The notes under the pieces were generated by a model. It was given only the letters and a program-made list of their open reading frames with translations. It was not told the DNA's origin and did no database searches. A program made the position numbers and the translations under genes. From contig JAATGP010000007.1 in the NCBI GenBank assembly GCA_015654635.1, forward strand, positions 17,771 to 81,770: a stretch of 64,000 nt of DNA, written 5' to 3'. How positions within the stretch are numbered: the stretch's first letter is position 1; each line of letters opens with the position of its first letter. Below, piece after piece: positions 1 to 9,100 of the stretch. The DNA is from Alphaproteobacteria bacterium (GTDB lineage Bacteria; Pseudomonadota; Alphaproteobacteria; Micropepsales; Micropepsaceae).

Positions 1-728
1 CACACACCATCGCGTTGACCTTTGACGATGGTCCCAACAAGAATACCGGACCGGTCCTTGATGTCTTGAAGGCGCACAACGTCAAGGCGACCTTCTTTGT
101 TGTTGGCGAAGTGGCCGCCACCCATCACAACATGCTCGCGCGCATCTCGAACGAAGGCAGCCTGATTGCCAATCACAGCGCCACTCATCCGCTGCTCACC
201 GGCTTATACGATAACGATCCCGAAAAGCTGATCCATCAACTCAGGATGGTGCACGACGAAATCGCGCCTTACATGAAGCCGGGCGATAAATTTTATTTCC
301 GTGCGCCCTATGGCTATTGGCGTTCGGCCCACGCCGCGATCCTGAACGCCGACCCGGTGCTGCGCGATTATATTGGGCCGATCTACTGGGATATCGGCGG
401 CCAGATTTCAATGCGCGACGGTTACATTATGAGTTCCACCGATTGGGATTGCTGGCGCCACAAATGGTCGGCCCAGACCTGTGCCAAAGGCTACTTGCGC
501 GAAATCCGTCGTTCGGACGGCGGCGTTGTGCTGATGCACTCGCTCTATGCGAAATCGGCGGAACTTGCCGATACGGTTATCGAAGCCATGCAGGAAGAAG
601 GGTATCGTTTCGTGCGCCTGGACGAGGTGCCGGAATACCGCCAATACGAAACCCCGCAAACGGCGCCCGCCGTAGCCCAGTTGTCTTCGCCGCAGATGGT
701 TCTGGTCCGCAACGAAGACGTTAAATAG
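1..728 (+). CDS. Polysaccharide deacetylase (NodB homology / CE4 family), 5' end probably outside window
   Basis: ORF 15..728. The frame is open back to nt 3 and reads HTIALTFDDGP (canonical NodB motif); HSATHP follows further on. Confidence 0.8.
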   Translation, partial: HTIALTFDDGPNKNTGPVLDVLKAHNVKATFFVVGEVAATHHNMLARISNEGSLIANHSATHPLLTGLYDNDPEKLIHQLRMVHDEIAPYMKPGDKFYFRAPYGYWRSAHAAILNADPVLRDYIGPIYWDIGGQISMRDGYIMSSTDWDCWRHKWSAQTCAKGYLREIRRSDGGVVLMHSLYAKSAELADTVIEAMQEEGYRFVRLDEVPEYRQYETPQTAPAVAQLSSPQMVLVRNEDVK

Positions 729-795
729 CGGGCCACGCCTATATCCTCTGCCCAGGCGGCAGGCTTTTCGCAAGCGCTGCCGCCCATTCCTGGGC

Positions 796-1389
796 TTAGT
801 ACGTGTCGTGGCTCATTTCGTAGAGGTCATGGCGATCAAAGTCGGTCATAACCAGCTTGTTGTCGGCGTCGAAGCGCAGATCTGAGGATTCGATCCAGAC
901 ATCGCCCGGCTGATTGTCAAGGCTGACACGCAGCGCGCTGACGTGCCCCGATATAAGGGCGATTTCCACCACATGACCGACTACGTTACCGTTTGCTGTC
1001 GAAACGTTCGTGCCCAGAAGATCGTTGGTATTAACGATAAGGCGTTGCTCATAGCTTGCTGGCCACATGCCTCTGCGGTAGCGGGCGTGAGCGGCAATAT
1101 AGCGATCGCGGGCTGCCAGATAGGACTCGGCCCGCTCGTGATAGTTCGCCTGTTGCGCACGATAAATCTTAAGCTGCTCCTGATAGCGATCCACTTGCGC
1201 CTGATAGACGGCATTCTTATCCGTGCTCTGTGCATCGGCGGAAGCATTGGAGTTGGAGATACCTTGATTGAGCTGCTGTGTTTGCGCCTGTTCGGCGGGT
1301 GTAGAATCTGGCTGAGAGGCCATGGCAGGGCCCGTAGCGAGTAACACCAGCAAAGCGCCGGATAGTGGGACGGTTTTAGAGGACATCAT
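796..1389 (-). CDS. Secreted hypothetical protein, possible PRC-barrel-like C-terminus
   Basis: N-terminal signal peptide (LLVLLATGPAMA/SQ), a Gln-rich coiled region, and a C-terminal beta-rich segment. No antisense competitor with better coding character. Confidence 0.55.
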   Translation of the reverse strand: MMSSKTVPLSGALLVLLATGPAMASQPDSTPAEQAQTQQLNQGISNSNASADAQSTDKNAVYQAQVDRYQEQLKIYRAQQANYHERAESYLAARDRYIAAHARYRRGMWPASYEQRLIVNTNDLLGTNVSTANGNVVGHVVEIALISGHVSALRVSLDNQPGDVWIESSDLRFDADNKLVMTDFDRHDLYEMSHDTY

Positions 1390-1575
1390 AGTTACAGTTC
1401 CTTTGGGTTAGCTTCTCCGCTGAACGACAACTGCCGATTGGGGGGAGAACGTGTCGGAGACGCGGGTGATCCCGTGCCTTGGGTGTATTTCTGCGATGTG
1501 GTGGCGGTCGTAGTGAGCACGGCCTTGAATTCGCTTATATTATCTTCCTTAAACGGTATAACTCGGCGGGCGCAT

Positions 1576-2094
1576 TCACGGTCCTGTGCTGCCGTTCTCC
1601 CAGGCGTCGATGGTGCCGATCCACTGGCGGGCGCTCAACGCCGCTTCCGTCACGGTGGGTTCGGCCATCAAGGCCGGCGCATGGGGATAGCTCGCTGCGG
1701 CCTTCGCACCAATATCCGCGTCTGGCCATGTCTGCGGGGAAGGCGCTGGCGACGCTGCTCGACCGGAACGTATGCGGTTACTGTAGAGTTCGCCTTTGCC
1801 GTAGAATGCCGCTATGCCTGCAGCGAAGGCACCGGCAATGACGGCCCCTTCGACCGCCGCGACGATCAGCGTGCCGATGACCCCGAAGGTTAGGACATCG
1901 GATGTAAAGGGGATCGCAGCGAAAGCGACACCGAGAGCGAAGCCAAAGACACCGCCCAGCACAACACCGCGCCGGCCCCAGAATTTGACGCTGCCGCTGA
2001 CATCGTAGAAGGCAAAAATTTTCGGCTGGAGAATTCGTTTTGAAATCGACCTGGCCATTGTGTGCTTTCTAGCGGAGACCGCTTTGTAAGGCAC
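1576..2094 (-). CDS. Small membrane protein with Gly/Ala-rich TM pair (hypothetical); start may be Met13 at 2058
   Basis: Two glycine-zipper-like hydrophobic segments (GVVLGGVFGFALGVAFAAI, GVIGTLIVAAVEGAVIAGAFAAGIAAF). Motif copy S6 lies just upstream. Confidence 0.5.
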   Translation of the reverse strand: MPYKAVSARKHTMARSISKRILQPKIFAFYDVSGSVKFWGRRGVVLGGVFGFALGVAFAAIPFTSDVLTFGVIGTLIVAAVEGAVIAGAFAAGIAAFYGKGELYSNRIRSGRAASPAPSPQTWPDADIGAKAAASYPHAPALMAEPTVTEAALSARQWIGTIDAWENGSTGP

Positions 2095-2124
2095 AAATAC
2101 TATCCGCCAAGGCCACGGTGCTGC

Positions 2125-2145
2125 GATAGGATCGGACTCTACTCA
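2125..2145 (-). promoter_or_regulatory. Recurrent 21-nt motif copy S6 (TGAGTAGAGTCCGATCCTATC), function unknown
   Basis: 16/21 match to consensus TGAGTAGwTTCCGAnGCTGyC. Sense-oriented, 31-67 nt upstream of the 1576..2094 ORF. Confidence 0.45.
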
Positions 2146-2175
2146 GGTGGAGGCGCTAAGCGCTGCACTGCGCCG

Positions 2176-2661
2176 TCAACGGCTCGGTGTTGATGTTGCC
2201 GAAATATGTGCAGCGCTTGCGGGAGAGGAGGCTGGGCGTTGTATAAAAGACCACAATGAGGCGAGCGCGAGCATGATCATAATCACCGCTGCAAACAGAG
2301 CGATGCGGCCATGTGTTTGAGTGCTATAGTTGGGGAACACCTTGTTTAGCGGTCGTGCCAATACGGCGGCACCGCTTTGCGTCGGTAATAGCTTTATCAA
2401 ACGTTCGGCAATTTGGCCGGGCTCACCCGACACAGACGGTTTGACTTGCATGGCGAAGATCAGTGATGACAGTCTGCGCACGGCTGCATGCGTCGGCAAG
2501 AGAGACAATTGTGCCGCCTCAGTCCACGGATCAAGATCCATGCGTGCGATCGCCGACAGCACGCTGAGCGTGCTGCCATTCGGATCTGCGCCGATAACCG
2601 CGTAGAGAAAGGCATCGTATTCTTGTCCGATGCCTGAAATTTTGGCAGCAATGTCCGCCAT
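2176..2661 (-). CDS. Hypothetical protein with C-terminal TM anchor
   Basis: 161-aa ORF with a plausible soluble N-domain and a hydrophobic stretch (IALFAAVIMIMLALASLWSFI). No family recognised. Confidence 0.45.
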   Translation of the reverse strand: MADIAAKISGIGQEYDAFLYAVIGADPNGSTLSVLSAIARMDLDPWTEAAQLSLLPTHAAVRRLSSLIFAMQVKPSVSGEPGQIAERLIKLLPTQSGAAVLARPLNKVFPNYSTQTHGRIALFAAVIMIMLALASLWSFIQRPASSPASAAHISATSTPSR

Positions 2662-2728
2662 CAGACACCGTCTCTGGATATGGGCGAGGACAAAGTGCGG
2701 AAGATCGCGTCCTCACGTGGATCGCCGT

Positions 2729-3412
2729 TCAATAGAAGACGCCATAGCGCACTTGCACAATATCGCCGCTATAGCGGTCGATGAGCAGTGCATCATTGCC
2801 GACACGCACCCAAATGAGATCGGCTGGCGGGGCAAAAAGGCCAAACGTCAAAAAATCGGAAATCCAGTAGTTACGCGCGTAATAACCGCGCGGCAAGGTC
2901 TCGCCGTAACTCCAATGACGGTAACTGTAACCCTGGGGCGCGCGATAACTTCCGCTGTGGAATTTTTGCGGGGCTTGAATGTTGCGGCGATAGGCATTGA
3001 GCGCTGGCCTGTTCGCGTTACCCGTAGCTTGCCGGGTTTGCATGGCATTGCCCGGCCTCGAGACATCGTTCTGCCCGCGCCCGCCATGGGGCGTTTGACG
3101 GACATCGCCAGACCCCGGAAGAAAGTTGTTTGGCGTGTTCTGCGGGGCCGCCGCGCGAACGGCGCCTCTGTTCATAGTGGGATGTGCATTACCCGCGTTT
3201 CCATGCGTCTCGGTCCGCATCGCCGGACCCTGCCTGTTTTGCGGCGTGGCCGCCGGGCCTCTCTGCTCCTGGCGTGAAGCGCCAGCGGGGTGAGCATTGT
3301 TCGCATGTGCGGGCGCTCCGTGTTCCTCGCCGCGATGCTCATTGCTTTGCGCGGAGAGGGGAGTGAAGGCAAACAACCCCAATGCCGCAGCGCAAATAAC
3401 AAATTTTTTCAT
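2729..3412 (-). CDS. RcnB-like (Ni/Co-resistance-associated) periplasmic protein family
   Basis: Signal peptide MKKFVICAAALGLFAFTPLSA, a low-complexity His/Gln/Asn/Arg-rich middle, and a C-terminal RcnB-type signature (LPRGYYARNYWISDF..PPADLIWVRVGNDALLIDRYSGDIVQV). Confidence 0.65.
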   Translation of the reverse strand: MKKFVICAAALGLFAFTPLSAQSNEHRGEEHGAPAHANNAHPAGASRQEQRGPAATPQNRQGPAMRTETHGNAGNAHPTMNRGAVRAAAPQNTPNNFLPGSGDVRQTPHGGRGQNDVSRPGNAMQTRQATGNANRPALNAYRRNIQAPQKFHSGSYRAPQGYSYRHWSYGETLPRGYYARNYWISDFLTFGLFAPPADLIWVRVGNDALLIDRYSGDIVQVRYGVFY

Positions 3413-3479
3413 GTGAGTCTCCTATGCCGGGCCGGGATCGCGAGCCGAGCACCATCCATACCGGTGGCTCCGGCGACAG

Positions 3480-3500
3480 TACAGCCTCGGAACATACTCA
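3480..3500 (-). promoter_or_regulatory. Recurrent 21-nt motif copy S7 (TGAGTATGTTCCGAGGCTGTA), function unknown
   Basis: 18/21 match to consensus. Lies between the lpxR-like stop (3512) and the rcnB-like start (3412), sense-oriented, 68 nt from the ATG. Confidence 0.5.
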
Positions 3501-3511
3501 GGTTGGGGTGG

Positions 3512-4507
3512 CTAGAATCGGAAGGAGAGGGCAACAGCGCCAAATTTGCTCATAGCTGTTTGAGTTTTGTATTCGCGGCTGCGAATGACGTAGGTATAGG
3601 AGAGCCGAATAGCCCGGAAGGTGACGGCGGCGCCCAGATCATAGTCATAGACAAAGTTGAATTTGCTCACGCTGCGGCTGGTCTCGAAGGTATTGCCGTC
3701 GAGAAATAGATTGCGCGCGAGGGCCCGTCCATCTGCCCCGGCAAAAATATAAGCGCTGACGCCGCCATTGGGCTCGAAGAAATTCGAGCCCGGAAGGCTT
3801 GGATCGATCCGCATCGGACCATAGTCGCTCGGCAAGTTGAAACCCAAACGCGCCATCGTTCCGACACTGGCGAAATCGTAGACGTTGCCCACGGCGGCGC
3901 CATAGTTCGGTTCAATATCGAAGACCAAGCCCAAAAGCGATTTTGGTGGAATCAGTTTTATATTGCGCTGATATTGCACAATAAGACCGGGTTCGTTGCG
4001 TAGCTGATAATGCCAGCCATTGGCCTTTGCATCGCCGATAATGCCATGGACCCAGTTTTGGGTTTCTCCGGCAATCGACATCGGTCCAACCACGCCGATG
4101 GTGAATTGGAGCTGGTCCAGATGGGTTCCGCTGTCACCCACAAGGCCGAACGTACCAAACAGAAAACCGGCATAAGGCCGGTCCAGCAGTGAGGGATTGG
4201 TTACGGTTTTGTCCAGCGGCGTGAATATGGTTTGGCCAAGCGCATAACGCGTGCGCACATCCCCCGTTGCCGAAAAGAACGGAAGCCAGTGGGCCGTGGT
4301 GATCAACCAGTCGGGGGTGTCCTGCGGCGCCGTCGTGTAGTTGAGCTCCACGCCGTTCGTATAGTTATGGTCGGCTTTGGCGAACCAATCGTTCTCGAAG
4401 AGAATTCCGAAGGTTCCCTTTTCCAGATTCGGCTCATCCGCAGCCTTGGCCGCGCCGATGAGTAGAGCGGTGGACAACAGATAAAAGGCAATATGCTTCG
4501 CACGCAT
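3512..4507 (-). CDS. Lipid A deacylase LpxR-family (DUF2219) outer-membrane protein
   Basis: ORF 3512..4561. The likely start is MRAKHIAFYLLSTALLIGAAKA (signal peptide) at 4507. Carries an ENDWFAKADHNYTNGVELNYT-type motif and a beta-barrel-like C-terminus ending in F. Confidence 0.65.
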   Translation of the reverse strand: MRAKHIAFYLLSTALLIGAAKAADEPNLEKGTFGILFENDWFAKADHNYTNGVELNYTTAPQDTPDWLITTAHWLPFFSATGDVRTRYALGQTIFTPLDKTVTNPSLLDRPYAGFLFGTFGLVGDSGTHLDQLQFTIGVVGPMSIAGETQNWVHGIIGDAKANGWHYQLRNEPGLIVQYQRNIKLIPPKSLLGLVFDIEPNYGAAVGNVYDFASVGTMARLGFNLPSDYGPMRIDPSLPGSNFFEPNGGVSAYIFAGADGRALARNLFLDGNTFETSRSVSKFNFVYDYDLGAAVTFRAIRLSYTYVIRSREYKTQTAMSKFGAVALSFRF

Positions 4508-4624
4508 GAAATATCCCCGCTCCGGCAAGGGGCACATGCTGCTGTGTTCTTCGCCGGCCAATCACGTTCTGTTCATCCTTGGTCGTGCCCCAAGACGGTT
4601 TTGCCGTTCTGGGGCTGTCGCCAA

Positions 4625-5191
4625 TCAGTTCTTAATTCTGGTGATCTTCGTGCCCTCAAGGCTGATGCCGGCCATCAGGCCTTGCTGGCCGTAGATGAAG
4701 GCATAGGCATCGTCTTTGAGCGTGGAGCTGGAGAGGTTTTTGGCTTTGCCTTCGTCAACAATCACAACCGTCGGGCCCACGCCGATTTCCCAGCCATGGG
4801 TATTGCGGATGTAGCGCACGGCCTTGTCGGTCATCAGAAAGACGACATAGGAATAGGATTGGGCGCCAGCCTGAAGACCCCAGGAGCCGGTTACGGAATT
4901 GTAGTAGCCGATGACCGATGAACCCTTTTTCAGTTCACCTTCGCCATAGGCGCCACCAAAGATCAGGCCGGCCTTGACCACATTGGGAAAGATGAGAATG
5001 GCTTTGGCCTCATGGGACAGCCTCGCAGCAAAAGGGTGCAGCTTATAGAGCGCCGTGAGGGCCTGATCGGAATCGGTGTTGAGATCCGCCTCCGTCGCGG
5101 CATAGATGGGGGTGGTAACGCCGGCCACGACCAGCGAGGCGGTGGCAAGGGCGGTCGTCAAGAAAAGGCTTCTAAGAATGGTCATCGGCAT
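4625..5191 (-). CDS. Lipid-binding SYLF (Ysc84/DUF500) domain protein, secreted
   Basis: ORF 4625..5263. The likely start is MPMTILRSLFLTTALATASLVVAG at 5191. The GGAYGEGEL...WGLQAGAQSYSYVVFLM...IGVGPTVV pattern is typical of SYLF domains. Confidence 0.7.
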   Translation of the reverse strand: MPMTILRSLFLTTALATASLVVAGVTTPIYAATEADLNTDSDQALTALYKLHPFAARLSHEAKAILIFPNVVKAGLIFGGAYGEGELKKGSSVIGYYNSVTGSWGLQAGAQSYSYVVFLMTDKAVRYIRNTHGWEIGVGPTVVIVDEGKAKNLSSSTLKDDAYAFIYGQQGLMAGISLEGTKITRIKN

Positions 5192-5234
5192 AGTCCTGTT
5201 TTTGAATTTGGGAGGGTGTGGCTCGTTCGTACGC

Positions 5235-5714
5235 TTACTTTGGGACGATGTGGGATTCGACAAACCAGAGCTGCTGATCGATGCCGCGCGAGAGCTCGGT
5301 GAACAAATCGGCGGTCGTCATGTCGCCGAAGTCCGCAGCGGCATCGCTCGCCTCGCGAACCGATTGTCCAAAGGCGGCGAGCGCACCGGCAACGGCAAAA
5401 GTGTGCTGCTGCTCATCGGCGACGTCGACGCCATAAGGCACGAGAAAGGAGCGCTCGGCCGCTGTCTGGATGGTTCCTTGCGCAATGCCGCCAAGGCCGC
5501 GGGTACGTTCTGCAATCAAGTCGGAAAAGGCCTCCACCTCGGTGGATACCCTGTCGAACAACTCATGGATGGCAATGAAGTTCGGCCCACGCACATTCCA
5601 ATGGGCCTGCTTGGTCTGTCCGTGCAGGTCAATAGCCGCCGCCAAATGCTTGTTCAGTAGGTTTATCGACTGTGCCCGGATATTTTCTGATAACGTGTTG
5701 TGGGTGGGATACAT
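5235..5714 (-). CDS. dps: Dps (DNA starvation/stationary-phase protection, ferritin-like)
   Basis: 159 aa with LNKHLAAAIDLHGQTKQAHWNVRGPNFIAIHELFD, the characteristic Dps ferroxidase-site region. Confidence 0.9.
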   Translation of the reverse strand: MYPTHNTLSENIRAQSINLLNKHLAAAIDLHGQTKQAHWNVRGPNFIAIHELFDRVSTEVEAFSDLIAERTRGLGGIAQGTIQTAAERSFLVPYGVDVADEQQHTFAVAGALAAFGQSVREASDAAADFGDMTTADLFTELSRGIDQQLWFVESHIVPK

Positions 5715-5803
5715 TGTCGATCTCCAAACTTGTCAATTGCCCGCCGGCGCCAGAGTGATCCAGACCGTATCGATGGCGGTATAAGGGATGTAAGAAGATC
5801 GGG

Positions 5804-5824
5804 GACAGCGTCGGAATCTACTCA
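5804..5824 (-). promoter_or_regulatory. Recurrent 21-nt motif copy S4 (TGAGTAGATTCCGACGCTGTC), function unknown
   Basis: 21/21 match to consensus. Sense-oriented, 90 nt upstream of the dps ATG. A CTTATAC (-10-like) element sits 18 nt downstream of the motif. Confidence 0.6.
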
Positions 5825-5950
5825 AGGCGGCGCAGCCGTCGCGGGGTCTGTATTGGCTGCGACGGGCCCGGTGAGGTTAAGTTCGCCTGGCACTTGTGAG
5901 CGCTCGCGAGCGTCTGCTGATGGTCCGGATAGGGTAGCCAATATCCGTCG

Positions 5951-5971
5951 CTGAGGTTCGGAAACTACTCA
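5951..5971 (-). promoter_or_regulatory. Recurrent 21-nt motif copy S5 (TGAGTAGTTTCCGAACCTCAG), function unknown
   Basis: 17/21 match. This is a second copy in the 460-bp dps / kinase intergenic region, same orientation as S4 and about 147 nt further upstream. Confidence 0.45.
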
Positions 5972-6172
5972 GATCGGCAAAGGCCGCCTCCAGATGGAGG
6001 CTTTCTGGGAGCGGATGTGTAATGGATCGCGGAGCATTCTGTCGTGAAAACAGAGGTTTCTCCGATACGCCGAGCCCATTCGCGTGTTTGAGGCTATCCT
6101 TCTGCACGGCAGATTGTGATAGTGTAAGCTATCGCGTCTTGCTTCGAAGCTGCGTTTAGAGATTCATCGCGT

Positions 6173-9100
6173 ATGTCAAAGAGCCGCCCACGCCGGACAC
6201 CAAAGGTCCCGGTGTCCTCAAGGCCGCATCCCGTGCCGCCGCGCGATAAGAAAGCTTTGCCCAAAAAGCCAGCGGTTCCAGAGGCCGACTTACCGGAAGA
6301 GACACGGCCGGCGGGTGAACTTCTGGTCGTTGGCATTGGCGCTTCAGCCGGCGGTCTGGAGGCCTGTCGCAAATTCGTCAGTACGATTCCGACGGGAACA
6401 GCAATCGCCTTTATCCTGATACAGCATCTTGACCCCACCCATGGCAGCATGATGGTCGACCTCTTGAGCAGCCATACGCAGCTGACGGTGTGCCAAGCAA
6501 TGGACGGCATGGTGATCGCGGCAGACCATCTTTACGTCATTCCCCCGGGCACTTACCTTTCGGCCACCGATGGTAAGCTGCGCTTGTCGCCGCCGCAGGC
6601 ACGTCATGGTGCGCGATTGCCATTTGATTTCCTCTTGCGCTCCTTGGCAAAGGAGTATGGTGCCCGTGCCGTCTGTGTCGTGCTTTCTGGAACGGGACCT
6701 GATGGCAGTTCCGGATTGAAGGCGGTGAAGGAAAGGGGCGGGCTGATCATCGTCCAAGACCCCGCCGAAGCTGGCTATGACGGCATGCCACAAAACGCCA
6801 TTGCAACGGGGTTGGCTGATTTTGTCCTGCCCGCCGCAAGAATATCCGGAAAGATTATCCAGCACGCTACGCGAACGCCACTGTCCAGCCCAGGCGACAG
6901 CGTATCGCTTAAAGAAACCATTCAGGATCGGCTGCCGAAAATCATTGGATTGTTACGCACCAACACCAATCACGATTTCACGCTTTATAAACACGGTACA
7001 TTGGAGCGCCGGATTGAACGGCGCATGGTGATGGCTGGAATAGAAGCTGGTGACGGCGACCGCTATCTGAAACTCCTTGAGACCAGCAAGAATGAAGTCG
7101 AGCTTCTTGCCAAGGATCTCTTGATCAACGTCACGAGCTTCTTTCGCGATCCTAAGGTCTTCGCCACGCTGGAGCAAACAGTCATTCCGGAACTTATCCG
7201 GACCCATCCGGTTGGCCGCACGTTTCGTGTTTGGATTGTCGGCTGTAGCACGGGGGAGGAAGCCTATTCCCTCGCCATCTTGTTCCGGGAGCGGCTCGCG
7301 GCGGCGGCGCTCGGGATGGCACTCCAGATTTTTGCCTCCGACGTCGACCCGGAGGCGGTAGAAATCGCCCGCGAAGGTCTCTATCCGGCAAGCATTGAAG
7401 CCAATATGTCGCCAGAGCGCTTGGCACGCTTTTTCCGCAAGGAAAAGCAGGGCTATCGTGTCTCGCCGGAACTGCGCGCGGCGGTGGTCTTCACCGTGCA
7501 AGACGTGCTGAAAGATCCACCCTTCTCGCGCCTCGATTTGATCTCCTGCCGCAACCTGCTGATCTACTTGCGGCCCGAAGCACAGCTGAAAGCCATCTCG
7601 GTCTTCCATTTCGCCCTCAATACGGGCGGCCTTTTGCTGCTTGGTAGTGCGGAAACCGTTGGCAATGCCGAAAGCCATTTTGAACTGTATTCCAAGGCAG
7701 AGCGGCTGTACCGCCGGATCGGTCGTGCGCGGCTCGATACCTTGGGCATTGCCAAAGACAGCAGTTGGAGCGTGCGCGCCTTTGCCGGGGCCGGGCAGGG
7801 TAAGACGGCTTTGCGTCAAACCGCTATCGCCGACCTCTGTCAGCGAATGGTGATGGATGCGTTTGCGCCCGCCGCCGTTCTGGTCAATCGCAATCACGAA
7901 TGCCTCTATTCTTTGGGTCCAACAGACCGCTATTTGCGTGTTCCCGCTGGGCAGCCCACCTACGATCTGCTGGCTATGGTCAGCGAGGCGCTGCGCAGCA
8001 AACTCAAGCAGGGCATCATACAAGCCGGCGAAACCAAGGAGCGGGTATCTATTACGGGCGGCCTGAAAAGCCACGATGGTCACGTCTTCGCGATCACCGT
8101 CCAGCCTGCACCGGCTGAGGGTGAGGAACTCTTCCTTATTTGCTTCGTCAACGAGCCTGAGCCGGGTGATCGCAAAATCGGACCGATCCCGCTTGCCGAC
8201 ACGAGCAGAGTCGCCGAGCTCGAGCGCGAGCTGGAAACGGCCAAAACAGAGTTGCGCGACGCCATCCGCAATCTCCAGATTTCCGGAGAAGAACAGAAGG
8301 CCATCAACGAAGAAGCCTTATCGGTCAACGAGGAATTTCAGTCGACCAATGAGGAGTTGCTGACCTCCAAAGAGGAGCTGCAATCGCTCAACGAGGAATT
8401 GACCGCTCTCAACACACAATTGCAGGAAACGTTGGAACGTCAGCGCGAAACCTCCGATGATCTGCAGAACATTCTCTACAGCACCAATGTCGCAACGCTA
8501 TTTCTCGATCCCGAACTCAATATCCGCTTCTTCACACCGGCGACAAAGCTGCTGTTCAGCATTATTCCGGGTGATATCGGGCGGCCCCTCGCGGACCTTC
8601 ATTCGCTCTCGGCGGATAGTTCACTGACCGCCGATGCCCGTACGGTGCTGCACAATTTGGTTCCGATCGAACGCGAAGTAGAGGCGTTGGGCGGCGTCTG
8701 GTTCAGCCGCAGAATACTGCCGTACCACGCCCATGACGGTGCCGTCGAAGGTGTGGTGATCACCTTTACCAACATTACCGAACGCATACGCTCTGCCAAC
8801 GCTTTGGAAGCGGCCAAACAGCAGGCCGAGCTTGCCAATGTGGCGAAGTCGCGCTTTCTGGCCGCCGCCAGTCACGATTTGCGCCAGCCGCTTCAGACCT
8901 TGGCCTTGCTGCAAGGGCTGTTGGCAAAAATGGTCGTGGGCGAGGGTGCGCAGAGGCTGGTCGCGCGCCTAGATCTGACCTTGGGCGCCATATCCGGCAT
9001 GTTGAACACGCTGCTCGACCTCAATCAAATCGAGGCGGGAACGGTTCGCACCGAGATGGTGTCCTTTCCGATTGCCGGCTTGCTGGAGCGGATGCGGGAC

